Assembly (NCBI GenBank): GCA_043228905.1
Contig: JBHGNT010000005.1
Location: 16,182,001 to 16,246,000 of the forward strand
Source: Azolla caroliniana
Taxonomy: Eukaryota > Plantae > Polypodiophyta
Length of the DNA stretch: 64,000 nucleotides
Reading direction: 5' to 3'
Numbering within the stretch: the stretch's first letter is position 1; every line of letters starts with the position of its first letter. The notes beneath the pieces are model-generated. The model ran no database searches, had not been told where the DNA came from, and saw only the letters and a program-made list of their open reading frames with translations. Both the position numbers and the translations under genes were made by a program. Shown piece after piece: positions 14,010 through 26,200 of this stretch.

Positions 14010-15191
14010 TCAAACGAGTGTGGAGGGATTTATACGATTTGTAGTTTGCCATTGCCTTTGTCGTGCTACCCTTAGCCACTTCCACCTTATGATTGTTCGC
14101 ATTGGCTTTGATCTTTGCTTCCTCACCGCCACCTTCCGCCACCTTTCGTCGTCTACCCTCTTCGGCTTGACATCTCCTTCTTCTTCGCATGTGTTAGCTT
14201 CGGCCTTCACTTCCTCGCCGCCACCTTTTGCCTCTTGGGTCTCACGTTTGCTTTTCGACGCATCTGCCCAAGTCTCAGGAACAAGTGTGGAGAAATTCTC
14301 GACACGGCCATCCGCCATTGACTTGTCCATAGCCACCTCTGACTCGATGTCATTTTTCGTGGCTATCTTCTCAATCATGTCGGCCTCACACTTTTTATCT
14401 CCCTTGATCATGCAAGCTTTGCTCATGCTTGCACCTTCATCACTTGATGTTTCAGACACGAAGCGTGTTCCGAAATATTTATCCTTGCTTGAAGTGGCAT
14501 TCGCCACCCTTGATTCATTGGTTTCATTCTTCATCATTGTTTCTTTGCAAGACGAGAAGGCGTCTTGTTCCACACCTTCTCCCGTGGTTCTGTCGTACCG
14601 AACTTGGGCCTTCGTATTGGCCATATCATTACTCCACCTTTGTTGGGAAGTCTCTTCTTCCTTGATAACCATTTTAATCGGTTTTGGTTCCATTATAAGA
14701 TTCTCTTTGGCCTCGACTTGCACCTTTAAATTCTCATATGCCTCGTTTATGAAGGCCTCTATGTTGAGTACCATCGAACCTTCCCTCTTCAAGCTCTCTT
14801 CTTTAGGTGGTAGTTTGTAGTTGCTTCTTGTCCTCCTTTCACCATCCCTCATGGGTTGTGTTGTTGTCGATGAGAATCTTGTCTTCCTCTTATCGTGTAG
14901 TTGACATACTCTTTCCACTTTTGTCCAATCCTCGGTGAGGCCATTTGCACCATCATCATCATCAAGTTGGATTCCAATGGCCTTCCTTTCCTTCCAATCG
15001 ATTGACTTCACAAACATTAGGACTTTTTCCACCCCCACCAATCTTTGATCCTGCTCCAAGAGTTGTGCAAAGCAACACTCGAACTCAATGAAAGCATGCA
15101 TGGCACTTTGGTGGGTCTTTAATGATGATACCCATTGGTCGAACTCGTATAGATTGCATCTCTTTGGTTCTTTGTATCTATATGCCTCCAT
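14010..15191 (-). CDS. Gag-like protein of G1 (393 aa), overlapping a second low-complexity ORF at 13183-14190
   Basis: Starts just after the PBS. Helical gag-like N-terminal half followed by a charged repetitive tail. Confidence 0.6.
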   Translation of the reverse strand: MEAYRYKEPKRCNLYEFDQWVSSLKTHQSAMHAFIEFECCFAQLLEQDQRLVGVEKVLMFVKSIDWKERKAIGIQLDDDDGANGLTEDWTKVERVCQLHDKRKTRFSSTTTQPMRDGERRTRSNYKLPPKEESLKREGSMVLNIEAFINEAYENLKVQVEAKENLIMEPKPIKMVIKEEETSQQRWSNDMANTKAQVRYDRTTGEGVEQDAFSSCKETMMKNETNESRVANATSSKDKYFGTRFVSETSSDEGASMSKACMIKGDKKCEADMIEKIATKNDIESEVAMDKSMADGRVENFSTLVPETWADASKSKRETQEAKGGGEEVKAEANTCEEEGDVKPKRVDDERWRKVAVRKQRSKPMRTIIRWKWLRVARQRQWQTTNRINPSTLV

Positions 15192-15414
15192 GAGATATCC
15201 TCCTACCGCCTCGTTTCACATCGGGTTCACCAAAGATGTCGCGAATATACAACGAAGATACGTGAACTTGAGGCAGGACCCCGGGGCCTCTGACAAGAGG
15301 ATATCAGATTCGTACGTTTACGTTTTAAGAATTAATCGAAATGACAAAGTTTGATAATTTTCATTAGCAAAGAAAAAGAAAGTTACAATGTATCCCAAGA
15401 TTGGGATTACAAAA

Positions 15415-15835
15415 GTTTAGGGTTTGTGAGATATGGCTTTGATAAGAAACAATTAGGTTTCAAATTTATGAGATATGGCTTTCATAAGAAGAAAATTAGG
15501 GTTATTCGAGAGATATGGCTTCCGTAAGGAAAATTAAGGTTTTTGAGAGATATGACCTTCGTAAGGAAATTAGGGTTTATGACTTCCATAAGGAAAATTA
15601 AGGTTTTTGAGAGATATGGCCTCCGTAAGGAAATTAGGGTTTATGACTTCCGTAAGGAAATTAGAGTTTTTGAGAGATATAGCTTCCGTAAGGAAATTGG
15701 GGTTTATGACTTTTGTAAGGAAATTAGGGTTTTTGGCTTCCGTAAGGAAATTAGGGTTTTTTTATTACCCCAAAAGATGGCTTTTGTAAGGAAATTAGGG
15801 TTTTTGGCTTTCGTAAGGAAATTAGGGATTTTTTA
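15415..15835. repeat. Telo-box-containing tandem array in the G1 5' LTR
   Basis: About 10 degenerate TAAGGAAATTAGGGTTT units, homologous to 10750-11055. Confidence 0.9.
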
Positions 15836-18346
15836 TTCCCCAAAAGATGGCTTTGATCCCCTAAGGCCCATTCTTATCTATGGATGGATCATGGAGAGCT
15901 AACTTTTCTCCTCCCTTCTCGCACTTAGATGAAGGAACTCCAGTTTCCATCTTCAGTTCAATTGCATGCATCCACATGACCTTTACATAAAGTTTGACTT
16001 TAGTTGTATGCATTCACATAACCTTTACTTTACTTTAGTTCGCCACATGATCCGTCCGGTCCAGTTGCATCCGACATGTCTAAAACCATTAGGAGTAATT
16101 AAGCCACATCCATCCATTCGAATAATGTAACCTAAGTCCGACCTTGAACATTCTATGCTTCACACATAGACATAATTTAATAGGTTCTGGCTCTCCTTAT
16201 ATACTCTGGGATCTGATGTTGTCCTATCTATGTGGGATATCTCATAATTTTGTTTTCTTCTTGTTCTCAAACTTCACACACACATAACTTAATACTTGTT
16301 TATCCGTTTCATGTGTAGTAAAATGCGTTATGAAGCTCTTGAAGACATCTATCTTTCCAAATCAAACCATTAAGCTAATCTTAAATAATTATTTTACTAG
16401 TTTTCATATCGTGTGTGAAAAACCACACGACAACGATAACATCACCATTGCTATAATCATGAACCATGCACTTATCATCAACAAAATGTACATGAAGTCT
16501 AACTTTGGCAATCAAAGGAACTGAAATTAAGTTCTTCTTGATACCAAGCACATACAATATATTCTTTAAGATGACAACACCTCCATTTTCAACTGAAAGC
16601 TCAATTTTTCCTACTCCGATGATAGGATAAGAGGCATTGTTTGCACACACCACATGTCTTCCTTTGGGTGCATCTTTCAAGGATGCAAAAAAACTTTTGC
16701 ATGTAGTAATGTGCTTTGAAGCACCACTATCAAAGAACCAATCCGAATCAATCTCACTTACAACCATACATTTAGAGTGCAATAATGCATCATAATGATA
16801 TGTAACAACACATGCCCAATAATCTTGGGCTATGTTGGCTTCATCACTCTTTGCACATGAAACATTTTCAGAAATGGTCATGCCGCATTCCTTCTTCTTC
16901 TCATTGCGCTTAACAAGCTTTCTACACTCTTCAATAGTATGGCCAACCTTTCGACAATATTTGCATCTCTTCTTCTTTTGCAAATCACCATCATTAGAGG
17001 AATAAGTGGAAGAGGGAGGTTGAGGCTTTGGTTTTGATGAACCAAAAGCTGAACCATACTTGCTTTTTCCTTTTTGTGAGATAGCAAGTGCTTGTGTTCC
17101 CTCTATCAAACCACTTCTATTCACTCTAGATTGTTCTTCTTGCAAAAGAAGAGACACAATCTCATCAAATGCATACATATCGGTATTCCCTTTTGCAACC
17201 AAACAAATAGTAGTAACAAAGCTTTGAAAAGATTCGGGTAATTCTTTCAACAATGTAGAGACAAGTGATGTATTCGAAATGATCTCATCTATGTTTGCCA
17301 ATTGCTCTTTCAAATCTTTGATGTGTGTCACATACACATCTACTGAATCATTTTCAACCATATATACATCCTCAAGTTGCTTTCTCAAATATGCAACACA
17401 TGCTTCATTACGCACGGCATTCAACGAAGCAAGAGTGTCCCATGCTTGTTTGGACATAGAGCATGACCGAATATGTGGATCTATGTGACGCTTCACAGAA
17501 AGTGCAATCAGTGCATGAGCTTGAACATCTTTTCCATCCCATCTAAGTTTCTCTTGTGTGGGTGGAGTAGATGAAGTCACTATGTTCGAAGATGAACCTG
17601 TATCTATGACAGTAAACTGTGAAGTAGTAGGACTAGCAGGGCGCCGATCTACATCTACCACTATGTTCCATAGTTGTTTGGCAACAAGAACGTGTTTCAT
17701 CATGTAGGACCACATTGGATAGTTAGTCCCATCAAGCTTATCTTCAGCTTGAAGCATACCAAACAAGTAACCGTTGTTTGCCATTTTACCAAAGAACAAG
17801 AAAGTGGCAAAATCTTACCTCAACAAAATCTGAAATGAGTGCTGAAATTGCAGCTCACAAACTATCACTTGGATGGCGATTTTGACTACACAAACGGCTT
17901 TGAAATGGGGGTAAAACAATAGGGTACTTGCTGAAAATGGCCTCTAAGTGCTGAAATACACTTCTCTATATTCGGAACTTGATTTGCACAGTTAAAAGTG
18001 CGCACGCGCCATGACGCGGACAACCGAAGATGGAGAGGATGAAGAACTGGCTCTGATACCACTGTTGGGTGTGTGAGGAAGAGTGAGAGACACACAAGAA
18101 GCTCAGACAAGAAGCACTCACAGAAAGAAGGCAATGGCTGGAATAACTCTCTCTATTGATGTAATAATACAAATCTAGTAGGAGCTGAAATATATATCCC
18201 TAAGTACTAAGTACCACCACATATGAGTGACTCATGTATGTGGTAACATGGGGAAAAAACCTCTAACCAACACTAGAGTAAAAAGTGCCCATGTATAGGG
18301 AAAATGGTTCACATCAAAGCTACTCATGGAACACGTAAGTGTAACA

Positions 18347-19996
18347 TCTTTTGATGGGTCGATCGGCGTAGCTTCTGCTTTGTCGATTTCTTGGCCGACT
18401 CAGACTTCTCTTCCGAAGGTCCATCTTCGATCTGTTTGGAATCGGATTCTCTTCGATCCGACATCTTCTTCTTCCCCTTCTCTTTGCGCGTGAACCGTCT
18501 CCTCGGTTCCTTGCGTGGGGAGAGCATGGCCGAGTCTTCACTACTCGTCGGCTCTTCATCTGACTGGTCATTCCGACTCAGTCACTCATTCGACCCACTT
18601 AACTGGAATGAGATCTGACTCTCATCTAGAGTACTGAATCCTTCTTCATCTTCTGCCCAGATCGTTTCGGGCTCACTGGCCTCATCCTCCGGAATCGGGT
18701 CAAAGTCGAACATCGGAGCTGGTAGAGAGTACCATGATGTCGGCTCATCAAATTCGACATCTTGACTCACTCGAACTTGTTTTGTTCGGGGGTTATAACA
18801 CTTATAACCCTTTTACTCATGTGAGTAGCCGACAAGGATGCACTTCTCCGACTTCGGGTCCAGCTTTCTCCGCTTCTCATTCGACACATGTACATATGCC
18901 ATACTATCGCATATCTTAAGGTGCCTTAAATTTGACTTTCGCCCGAAATACAACTCATGTGCTGACTGACACCTTATCCCTGATCCGGTTTTGGATGTAG
19001 ACGGCCGTCCAGACCGCTTTGGCCCAGTAGAACTTGGGCATGCTCTTCTCTTCCAGCATTGCCCATGCCGCTTCCGCAATTGACTAGTACTTCCTTTCAG
19101 CCACACCATTTTGTTCCGGTGTGTATCGACAACTGAATTCCCTCCGAATTCCTTTCTGCTATAGATAACTGTTGATTTGGCCGAGAAAATATTCTTTTCC
19201 ACCATCCGACCGCAAGCACGTGATCTTCCTCTCTGTTTCCCGTTCTACAAGAATTTGCAGGTTCTGGAAAGAGTCGAAAACTTTGCTTGTGCTTTCGATT
19301 AGGTAGATCCATGTGTGTCGGTTGTAGTCGTCCATGAAAGAGACGAAATATCCTCTCCCGCTAAGACTAAACGTTCTGTGCTGGTCCCCATACATCCAAA
19401 TGTATTAGATTGAGCTTGTTACAACTCCGGTTTCTTTCGGTGGGGAATGGAAGCCGGTGTTGCTTCCCGAGCTGGCAGGCTTCACAAATTTGGGCCTTCC
19501 GGCCACTAAATTTTCGCAATTTGAAAACAACTTGTTTCGATTGCAAGTCTTGAAGCCTCTGATAGTTGACATGGCCGATCCGCTTGTGCCACAGGTCGAT
19601 ATCTGATTCAACCTTCTGTCCTTTTGCGAACATAGCGCTGTCGAGATCGTTGGTGTTGAGGATGGACATCCTCCCGTCTCGGCGCCCTTGCGCGATGATA
19701 TGACCCTCTTCCTCAATGAAGAACTGAGGTGTGGTTTATCCCCTGGTCGACGATCTGCGTGACCGACACCAGGTTGTTTGTGATTGTCGGAACATGTAGT
19801 ACGTTCATCGGCTTTCCCTTTTGTCCGACATGGCTTAAAGGGACTTCTCCGACATGCACGATCAGGTGAGGAGTGTCATCTACGGTTTTGACAACTCCCG
19901 ATTGCTCCGGTTTTTCCAGAAACAAGAATCACTCTTCGTGGCTCGTCATGTGGTTAGACGCTTCGGAGTCAACGTACCATACTTCCTCTGATCCAG
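18347..19996 (-). mobile_element. Ty1/copia fragment C (protease-integrase), truncated on both sides
   Basis: WYVDSEASNHM, LWHKRIGH, CEAC, SDGGKEYF and KCILVGY motifs in broken frames. Confidence 0.88.
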
Positions 19997-20173
19997 TGTC
20001 GCGAAGTTTCGCGCGTGTGTTACTTGGGCGGGACCACGTGTGTGTACAATACAAGAACTCTTTTATCAAGTTTTATTTTATTTTATTTTATTTTTATTTT
20101 CGATGATTAGGTACACACCCCATTTTGTTATAAACCAATTGTCTCATGGACCAATTTTAGCCTTAGAAGACGT

Positions 20174-20176
<3 letters not shown>

Positions 20177-20258
<82 letters not shown>
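20177..20258. repeat. Compound (CT)n-(TA)n microsatellite
   Basis: Visible directly in the sequence. Confidence 0.95.
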
Positions 20259-20263
<5 letters not shown>

Positions 20264-20459
20264 AATTAGCTTATGCATAATGGCAAGTTGTTAGAATACT
20301 AATCCTAGGCCATGCGTTCAAGGTTCAACTTTCACGCTTCTCTATTACACCAAACATATTTTTCTTAAATTACTAGATGCAACTATGGAATGCATTACTT
20401 TCTGGTCTCCATTGGACAACTTTACCAATTGAGTTACACCCATTTGGGTATTCTTTGTC

Positions 20460-21242
20460 TTTCTCAAGATGAAACTATTTGGATGTATAATGGAAACGAA
20501 GATAATTGCATAGATGCAAAAAATTGGTACGAAAGCTAATGGACAAGTTGGCTTTCGAAAACACTATAGCACCATCAAACACCTTGTCACCCTATGAGTA
20601 CTAATGGAAGAAATTCACTTAAGAAATAAGGGTTTATATGGTTGTTTCATAGATTTCATGAAAGCTTTTGGTATGGTGCCTCATGAGTATATTTGGAGTC
20701 ACATGAAGGAATGTTGAGCATCAAGTGAATGTATTCATGCAATTTTTGTGAATCTATGATGTGATTGTGTGCATAGTACGTAATATACTCTAATGCAATG
20801 GCAAACATTCTTTTTCATACGAATGCAAACAAATGCGTATGTTATCAAAACATTCTTATGTTTTTTTTTACACTTTTTACCTTAAAAAAAAGTTTACCTT
20901 ACAATAAATAATGAATACAAAAGTATGGTATTTACCATACTTCAAAGTGTATGGTACGCATGGTTCATACTATGATTCTGCGTATGGGCAATGGAATTTT
21001 AGATTTTTCAATAACTCTCTTGGTGTTAAAGAAGGATATCCACTCTCATAAACTCTATTTGGTCTATGGATTAATGAATTGGACCAAATGGTTGCCAAGT
21101 TTGTAGATGAAGAAGGCATTGAAGTTGTCATCGAGCATGTAATCATCATGCTTTTGTTCTATATAGATAATGATGTGCTTTTTGCAAATACTTTAGGAGA
21201 TGCATATAATCTTATAAGGGCATTAGAAGAAATTTACATGCA
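20460..21242 (+). mobile_element. Decayed non-LTR (LINE) reverse transcriptase fragment
   Basis: GQVGFR, CFIDFMKAF, GVKEGYPLS and LLFYIDNDV are decayed versions of LINE RT motifs (GQAGFR, DFxKAFD, GVKQGCPLS, LYADD). Confidence 0.75.
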
Positions 21243-23277
21243 TTTTTTTTTTCCAAAAAAAAACTCCTTCCATTAGTTATAAAATTTTACAAATGAGACG
21301 ATTATGTACAAATCCTTGAAGGGACGCGATAGTTCCATCTTATGTGGATGCCCACTGACTCAAGAAAGGGAGAGGACGACCATTGTTGGATGAAGGCTAT
21401 TCGTTGTCTTTCAACTCCCTTGGAGCCGCCCTTAAGGCCATCATATTGGCTCTTTAGAGTGGCTACAATTTCCCTCCATATCTCTTGCAGTAACCTTGTG
21501 TTAGGAATATGTCCCTCCAGTGGAAGGAAGAGCCGACTGTTCGGAAAGCCGACAGTCGAAGAGTCAAAAACAGTGAGTCGACTGTTTGAGAATTTGACTA
21601 TTATTATTATGGTAATAATAATGATAATGTTAGGAAACAGGTCTCTCCGGATGGGGAGAGAGAGAGGAGCCGAGTTGATGAGGGACTCGGCCGAGGCCGA
21701 AACCGAATCGTGTACATAGCCAACTCGGGAGACTATATTTGTAAATAGTCTGAAAGTTGCGTAAGTATATATGCAACTAGGGCAAACTTTAGTTTGTGAT
21801 GAACAGTGTTAGAACTGTAGAAATAGAACGACAGAGAGAGAGAGAGGGAAGTGAGAGTCGTGCCATAGCTGTGTGTGTAACAACAGATGCGAAGAGCCCT
21901 GTGCAACTGATGCACTCGTGAGAGAGTGTTGTAACCTTCTCGCTATTGTATATCCACTATTTGTGTAGTGAAGAAATCTGTTCACCCGTGGTTTTCCCCG
22001 TTTTAGGGTTTCCACGTAAATCTTTGTGTACATCTGTTTATTTTGTCTTTCTGGTATATTTTTGTGATTCGTATTTCAGCGCGTAGTCCATTTATTGTGA
22101 TCTATTCCGCATTGATTTCTCAACACCTTGTTGGATGTGCGGTTTGGTTGGAGAAGACTCGCCTACATCGTTGTTTCCATAGAATCCAAAGAGTTATTGG
22201 GCTGACCAATTCCAACACCTCTTGAGATTTGTCATTAAGAGGAGTGGAGTGGACATTGTCGCTAGAGGAGAAAAAGACCTCTTGTGCTTTTGTCAACAAA
22301 GTCATCCCCTCCTCCTGATGCTCATATCTACCAATTGCGGCTTGCCATGATAGCCAACATATATTTCCCCATTTGATTGAGCCTTGCACCTGGCATAATT
22401 GCAACAAGTGGCCAACCCCCCCACCATATTCGATGGGATGTTGGGCAGTCCCACAAAGGGTGTCGTATTGATTCTACTGCATGTGGGCCTCTACACAATT
22501 AGGAGAGCTAAGGTTCCCACGTTGCCATGCTCCCACCGGTAGGGACTTATGTATTAATAGCCATTGGAACGTTGTAATTCGCCTCGCGTGTTGTTGTTTC
22601 TAGATTTTCTACCAAAACTTGGTGATTATTGTGGGAGGAACTTGAAATGTGTGCCAGACCTTCGCTGTAGTCGGCTCTCGGGCGGTTTGAGCGGCTAGAA
22701 TGTGGCGACCCAATCTAGTTGTGAATTGGAAGAAAGGGATGGGTTTGCTTCCTTGCCCCGCATAGGGATCACGCCATGTCCATTGCAAAGGGTCCCAACT
22801 GACCTTACATAGCCATGTGTTTTCATGAATACATATGTGCCAATTGGGTTGTACTTTGATCGGATCAAGATCTACAATCCATTTATGACCAGTATACGCG
22901 AGTACTCGAATTGTGTTATTCTGTGTTGGTGTCTCAATGTCTCGCAATTCAGAGCCTTCGAGTTTGTCTAGTGGTCCCCTACCTCTCGGGAACAGAGATC
23001 CCTCCTCGTGGCCTATCCATTTCTCCATTGTCGTCCTCTGAGTAGCAGATTCCCTAATCAGTAGAGCGTTAATGATTTCCGATCTCATAGTCCATCCGCC
23101 CCTGATTCCATGGAGTATGTTTGCCTGATCTTGTAGTGGCAATGACATAAACTGTCGCCAACATTCTATACTTTTTCCTGGACCTTCTACAATATATCCC
23201 CATGACAACCCCTTATGTGATCCCAATAGTTGATTAGATTCATCCGTAATTTGCATGCATACTACGTTGAGTGTCAT
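21243..23277 (-). mobile_element. 5'-truncated L1-like LINE (ORF2 3' region) with an A-rich tail
   Basis: Trp-rich ORF pieces 22609-23277 and 22120-22407, an ESIRHPLWDC zinc-finger-like remnant, and a T run at 21243. Confidence 0.65.
21499..22125 (+). mobile_element. Solo LTR (copia type)
   Basis: TGTT...AACA ends and 5-bp TSD CCTTG (21494-21498 / 22126-22130). Related to 56430-57176. Confidence 0.88.
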
Positions 23278-26200
23278 TGGGAATGTAGGACCATCATGTT
23301 ATGCTTTTGTTCTGTATAGATAATGATGTGCTTTTTGCAAATTTAGAAGATGCACACAATCTTATAAGGGCGGTAAAGAATCGATGGTGATTTAATGCAA
23401 CGGAATATGTTACAGATGTGTGTTGTGTGTGTATGTGTGTTTGAGAAGAGGAGAGGAGAGAGACACAAGATAGATGAAAAATAGAAATACTCAAGAAAAC
23501 TGTATACTACAAAGGAGATTAACTGACACATTACAAAGTAGGAGGAGGGTGCTTTATATAGTCACCCTCTCTCTTCATTAACTACCAAAACTCATTGGTC
23601 ATGGGAAATGTGGAAGCTCATTAGTTATGTGTCATAGAATATGATTCTATGACACATAGTTAATGTGTAGAGAGTAGTGGTGACTTTGGACCTTCGAGTG
23701 CTCATAGATTCTCAAAGGTGTGTTCACACACTACTATAGGTTGAGCTTGATTCTCAACACGCCCCCTCAAGCTCAACTCGGGTTGGTTCCTTTCAGTTGA
23801 TGTCCATGTCGGTTGGTATCCGGTTCTCTCTTGTACTCCCCCTCAAGCTTGGCAAGTCAGGGATTGTCAATCCAAGGTCTGAAATGAATTACCGAAGTTT
23901 GTTGGCTCTTAGGGCTTTGGTGAAGATGTCGGCTACCTGAAGATTCATGTTGATATGTTGAAGGTCGACATCTCTCGCATGAATGCACTCTCAGATGAAG
24001 TGATAGTGCACCTCGATATGCTTCATGCACACATGGAACACCGAGTTCCAAGCCAGATAAATATTGCACATGTTGTCACAATAAAGGGGAGTCAGATCCT
24101 TGATGGGAATGCTCAAATCCTTCAAAATCCTCTTGAGCCATACAGCTTCACATGCAGCCACAACCGCGCCCTTGTATTCAGCCTCTCTGCTCGAAAGAGA
24201 GACGGTTGGATGCTTCTTGCTACTCTAGGAGATGGCTCCACTTTCGAGGGAGAAAATAAATCCGAAGGTTGATCGTCGACCGGCTCTATTGCTGGCCTAG
24301 TCGGCATCCGTGTACCCCTCGAGTCGAATTGATGTGGCTGATTTGTAGAGAATGCCACAGTCCATTGTGTCGCTCACATATCGTAATACTCGCTTAACGC
24401 AATCCAAGTGAATATCACTTGGTATTTGCATGAATTGGATAAGGAGACCAACTAGGAAGCTAAGGTCGGGCCGAGTGATTGTGAGATAGATGAGGCTCCT
24501 GATCAGTTGTCGATATTGAGTTGGCTCACACTTTGTGGTGCCGGAGTTGTCATCTAGCTTGAGGTTTCGATCGAGAGGGGTTGCCACAAATTTGCACTCA
24601 GCCATCCCAAACTTATATAACAAGTTGAGGATGTAGTGTCGTTGGGAGATCATAATGTCGGTTGGAGTCCTAATTACCTCAATGCCAAGGAAGTAATGGA
24701 GCTCCTTCATGTTTGTCATCTTGAATTTGCTGGAGAGGAGGGACTTGACCTTGTTGATGTCAACTAGATTTTCACCTCCAATGACTAGATCATCCATATA
24801 TACGATGATGACAATCAGATCTTAAATCACGTCTTATGTAGAGGGAGTTCTCGGATTTCAACATTCTAAAGCCGATTCAATGAAGATATTGTGTTATCTT
24901 CAAATGTCAAGCACGTGGTGCTTGCTTAAGGCCATAGAGTGGCTTCTTTAGTTGGCAGACTACTTTTGGATGAATGTTGGATTCGAAGCTGGGTGATTGT
25001 ACCACGCACACCTCCTCTTCTAATTCTCCTTGACGAAAGGTGTTCTTGACGTCCATTTGATGGAGGTGCCACCCTTTCGCCACTGCAAGTGCAGTCACGG
25101 TCCGCACTGTTGTCATCTTTGCCATCGGGGCAAAGGTCTCTTCATAATCGACTCCATGTGTTTGTGCGTAGCCTTTTGCTACGAGTCGGGCTTTGTAGCA
25201 GTTGACGGAGCTGTCGACATTATACTTCACTTTGTAAATCCATCTATAGCCGATCTCCTTCTTGTGTGGTGAGTGGGGAACAAGATCCCATGCCTCGTTC
25301 TTGCATAGTGCCCACATCTCCTCGTTCATTGCTTCGACCCATCGTGGATCCTTGGCTCATTTGGAAAGCATTTCTAGTTCACGAACTGTCATCACCTTCA
25401 TCATAAAGGCATGGTGATATGCCATATAGTCGTTGTAGCCGAATCAGCAAACTGGATTCTTTTCTCGGGTGGAGTTTCTTATTTGCCAATGTAAGTGCTT
25501 TTTTAACTCCGGGTGACCTCAGAAGAGGCACATCAAAGTCACTGAACTCATTGTTGAGTGAGTGAGTCGATTCATTGCCGTCGAATTGATTGTCTTCATA
25601 TTCTGGCATTTTGGCCTTGCTTTGTCCATCTTTGTGACTTTGCCGAGATGCGCTCTGGTCGCTTGGGGGCTCTTGTGGCCCACTGAGCCTGGTCGTGATT
25701 GGACTTTCTTCGAACATATGCTTAGTTGATCTTGTCTTCTATCTCTTCGTTGACCAAGTTCGGGTCAAGTGGAAATGATTTGGGAGGAGTCAGCTCTGGT
25801 TCGTACAATGATGCCTATTCGTCAAGATGACATACCGACTTACACGAACCTTCCAAGTAGAGGGGTTGAAGCGCTTGTACCCTTTTTGCTCCAATGACTA
25901 CCCTACTAGGATGCACTTCTCCAACTTGGGATCTAGCTTTTGTCGCTTTACGTCGGGAATATGCACGTATACGATTGAGCCGAATATCCTTACATGGGAT
26001 AGGTCCGACTTCTTTCCATAAAACTTCTCGTGAGGAGTGACCTCGTGCACTCTGGCTGTTGTACACTGGTTCATGATGTAGACGACGGTATTTGCAGCTT
26101 CTGCCCAATATGACTTGGGTATATGCTTCTCGTTTAGCATGTCCCTTGCTACTTCGAGGATGTGCCAATTCTTGCGTTCAGCTACACCGTTCTGTTGCGG

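Larger units (their letters stand above)
10570..16432 (-). mobile_element. Non-autonomous gag-only gypsy-type LTR element G1; 5' LTR 15237-16432, interrupted 3' LTR 10570-13113
   Basis: 4-bp TSD ACGA (10566-10569 / 16433-16436), and removal restores host frame GDVIVMSG. PBS TGGTGAACCCGATGTG ends at 15232 and the PPT is at 13114. The internal 2.1 kb has no pol motifs. Confidence 0.85.
5907..18346 (-). mobile_element. Ty1/copia element B with nested insertions; LTRs 18063-18346 (5') and 5907-6229 (3')
   Basis: tRNA-Met PBS TGGTATCAGAGC at 18050-18061. Gag, zinc knuckle and protease (WFFDSGAS) in 16433-17799, integrase in 10182-10569 and 7768-8841, RT (YVDD) in 7042-7767, PPT next to 6229. Flanks GTATT/TCTTT do not match. 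Confidence 0.92.

Noticed and set aside
13825-14820. 331-aa plus-strand ORF as a separate gene
   Set aside because: It is antisense to the purine-rich, repetitive gag-like ORF, which readily leaves a Ser/Phe/Leu-rich open frame. No domain was recognised.
10750-15835. Regular short repeats as a CRISPR array or a telomere fusion scar
   Set aside because: No unique spacers and no cas genes. Only single TTAGGG cores per unit, and the arrays sit at equivalent positions in two LTRs of one element.
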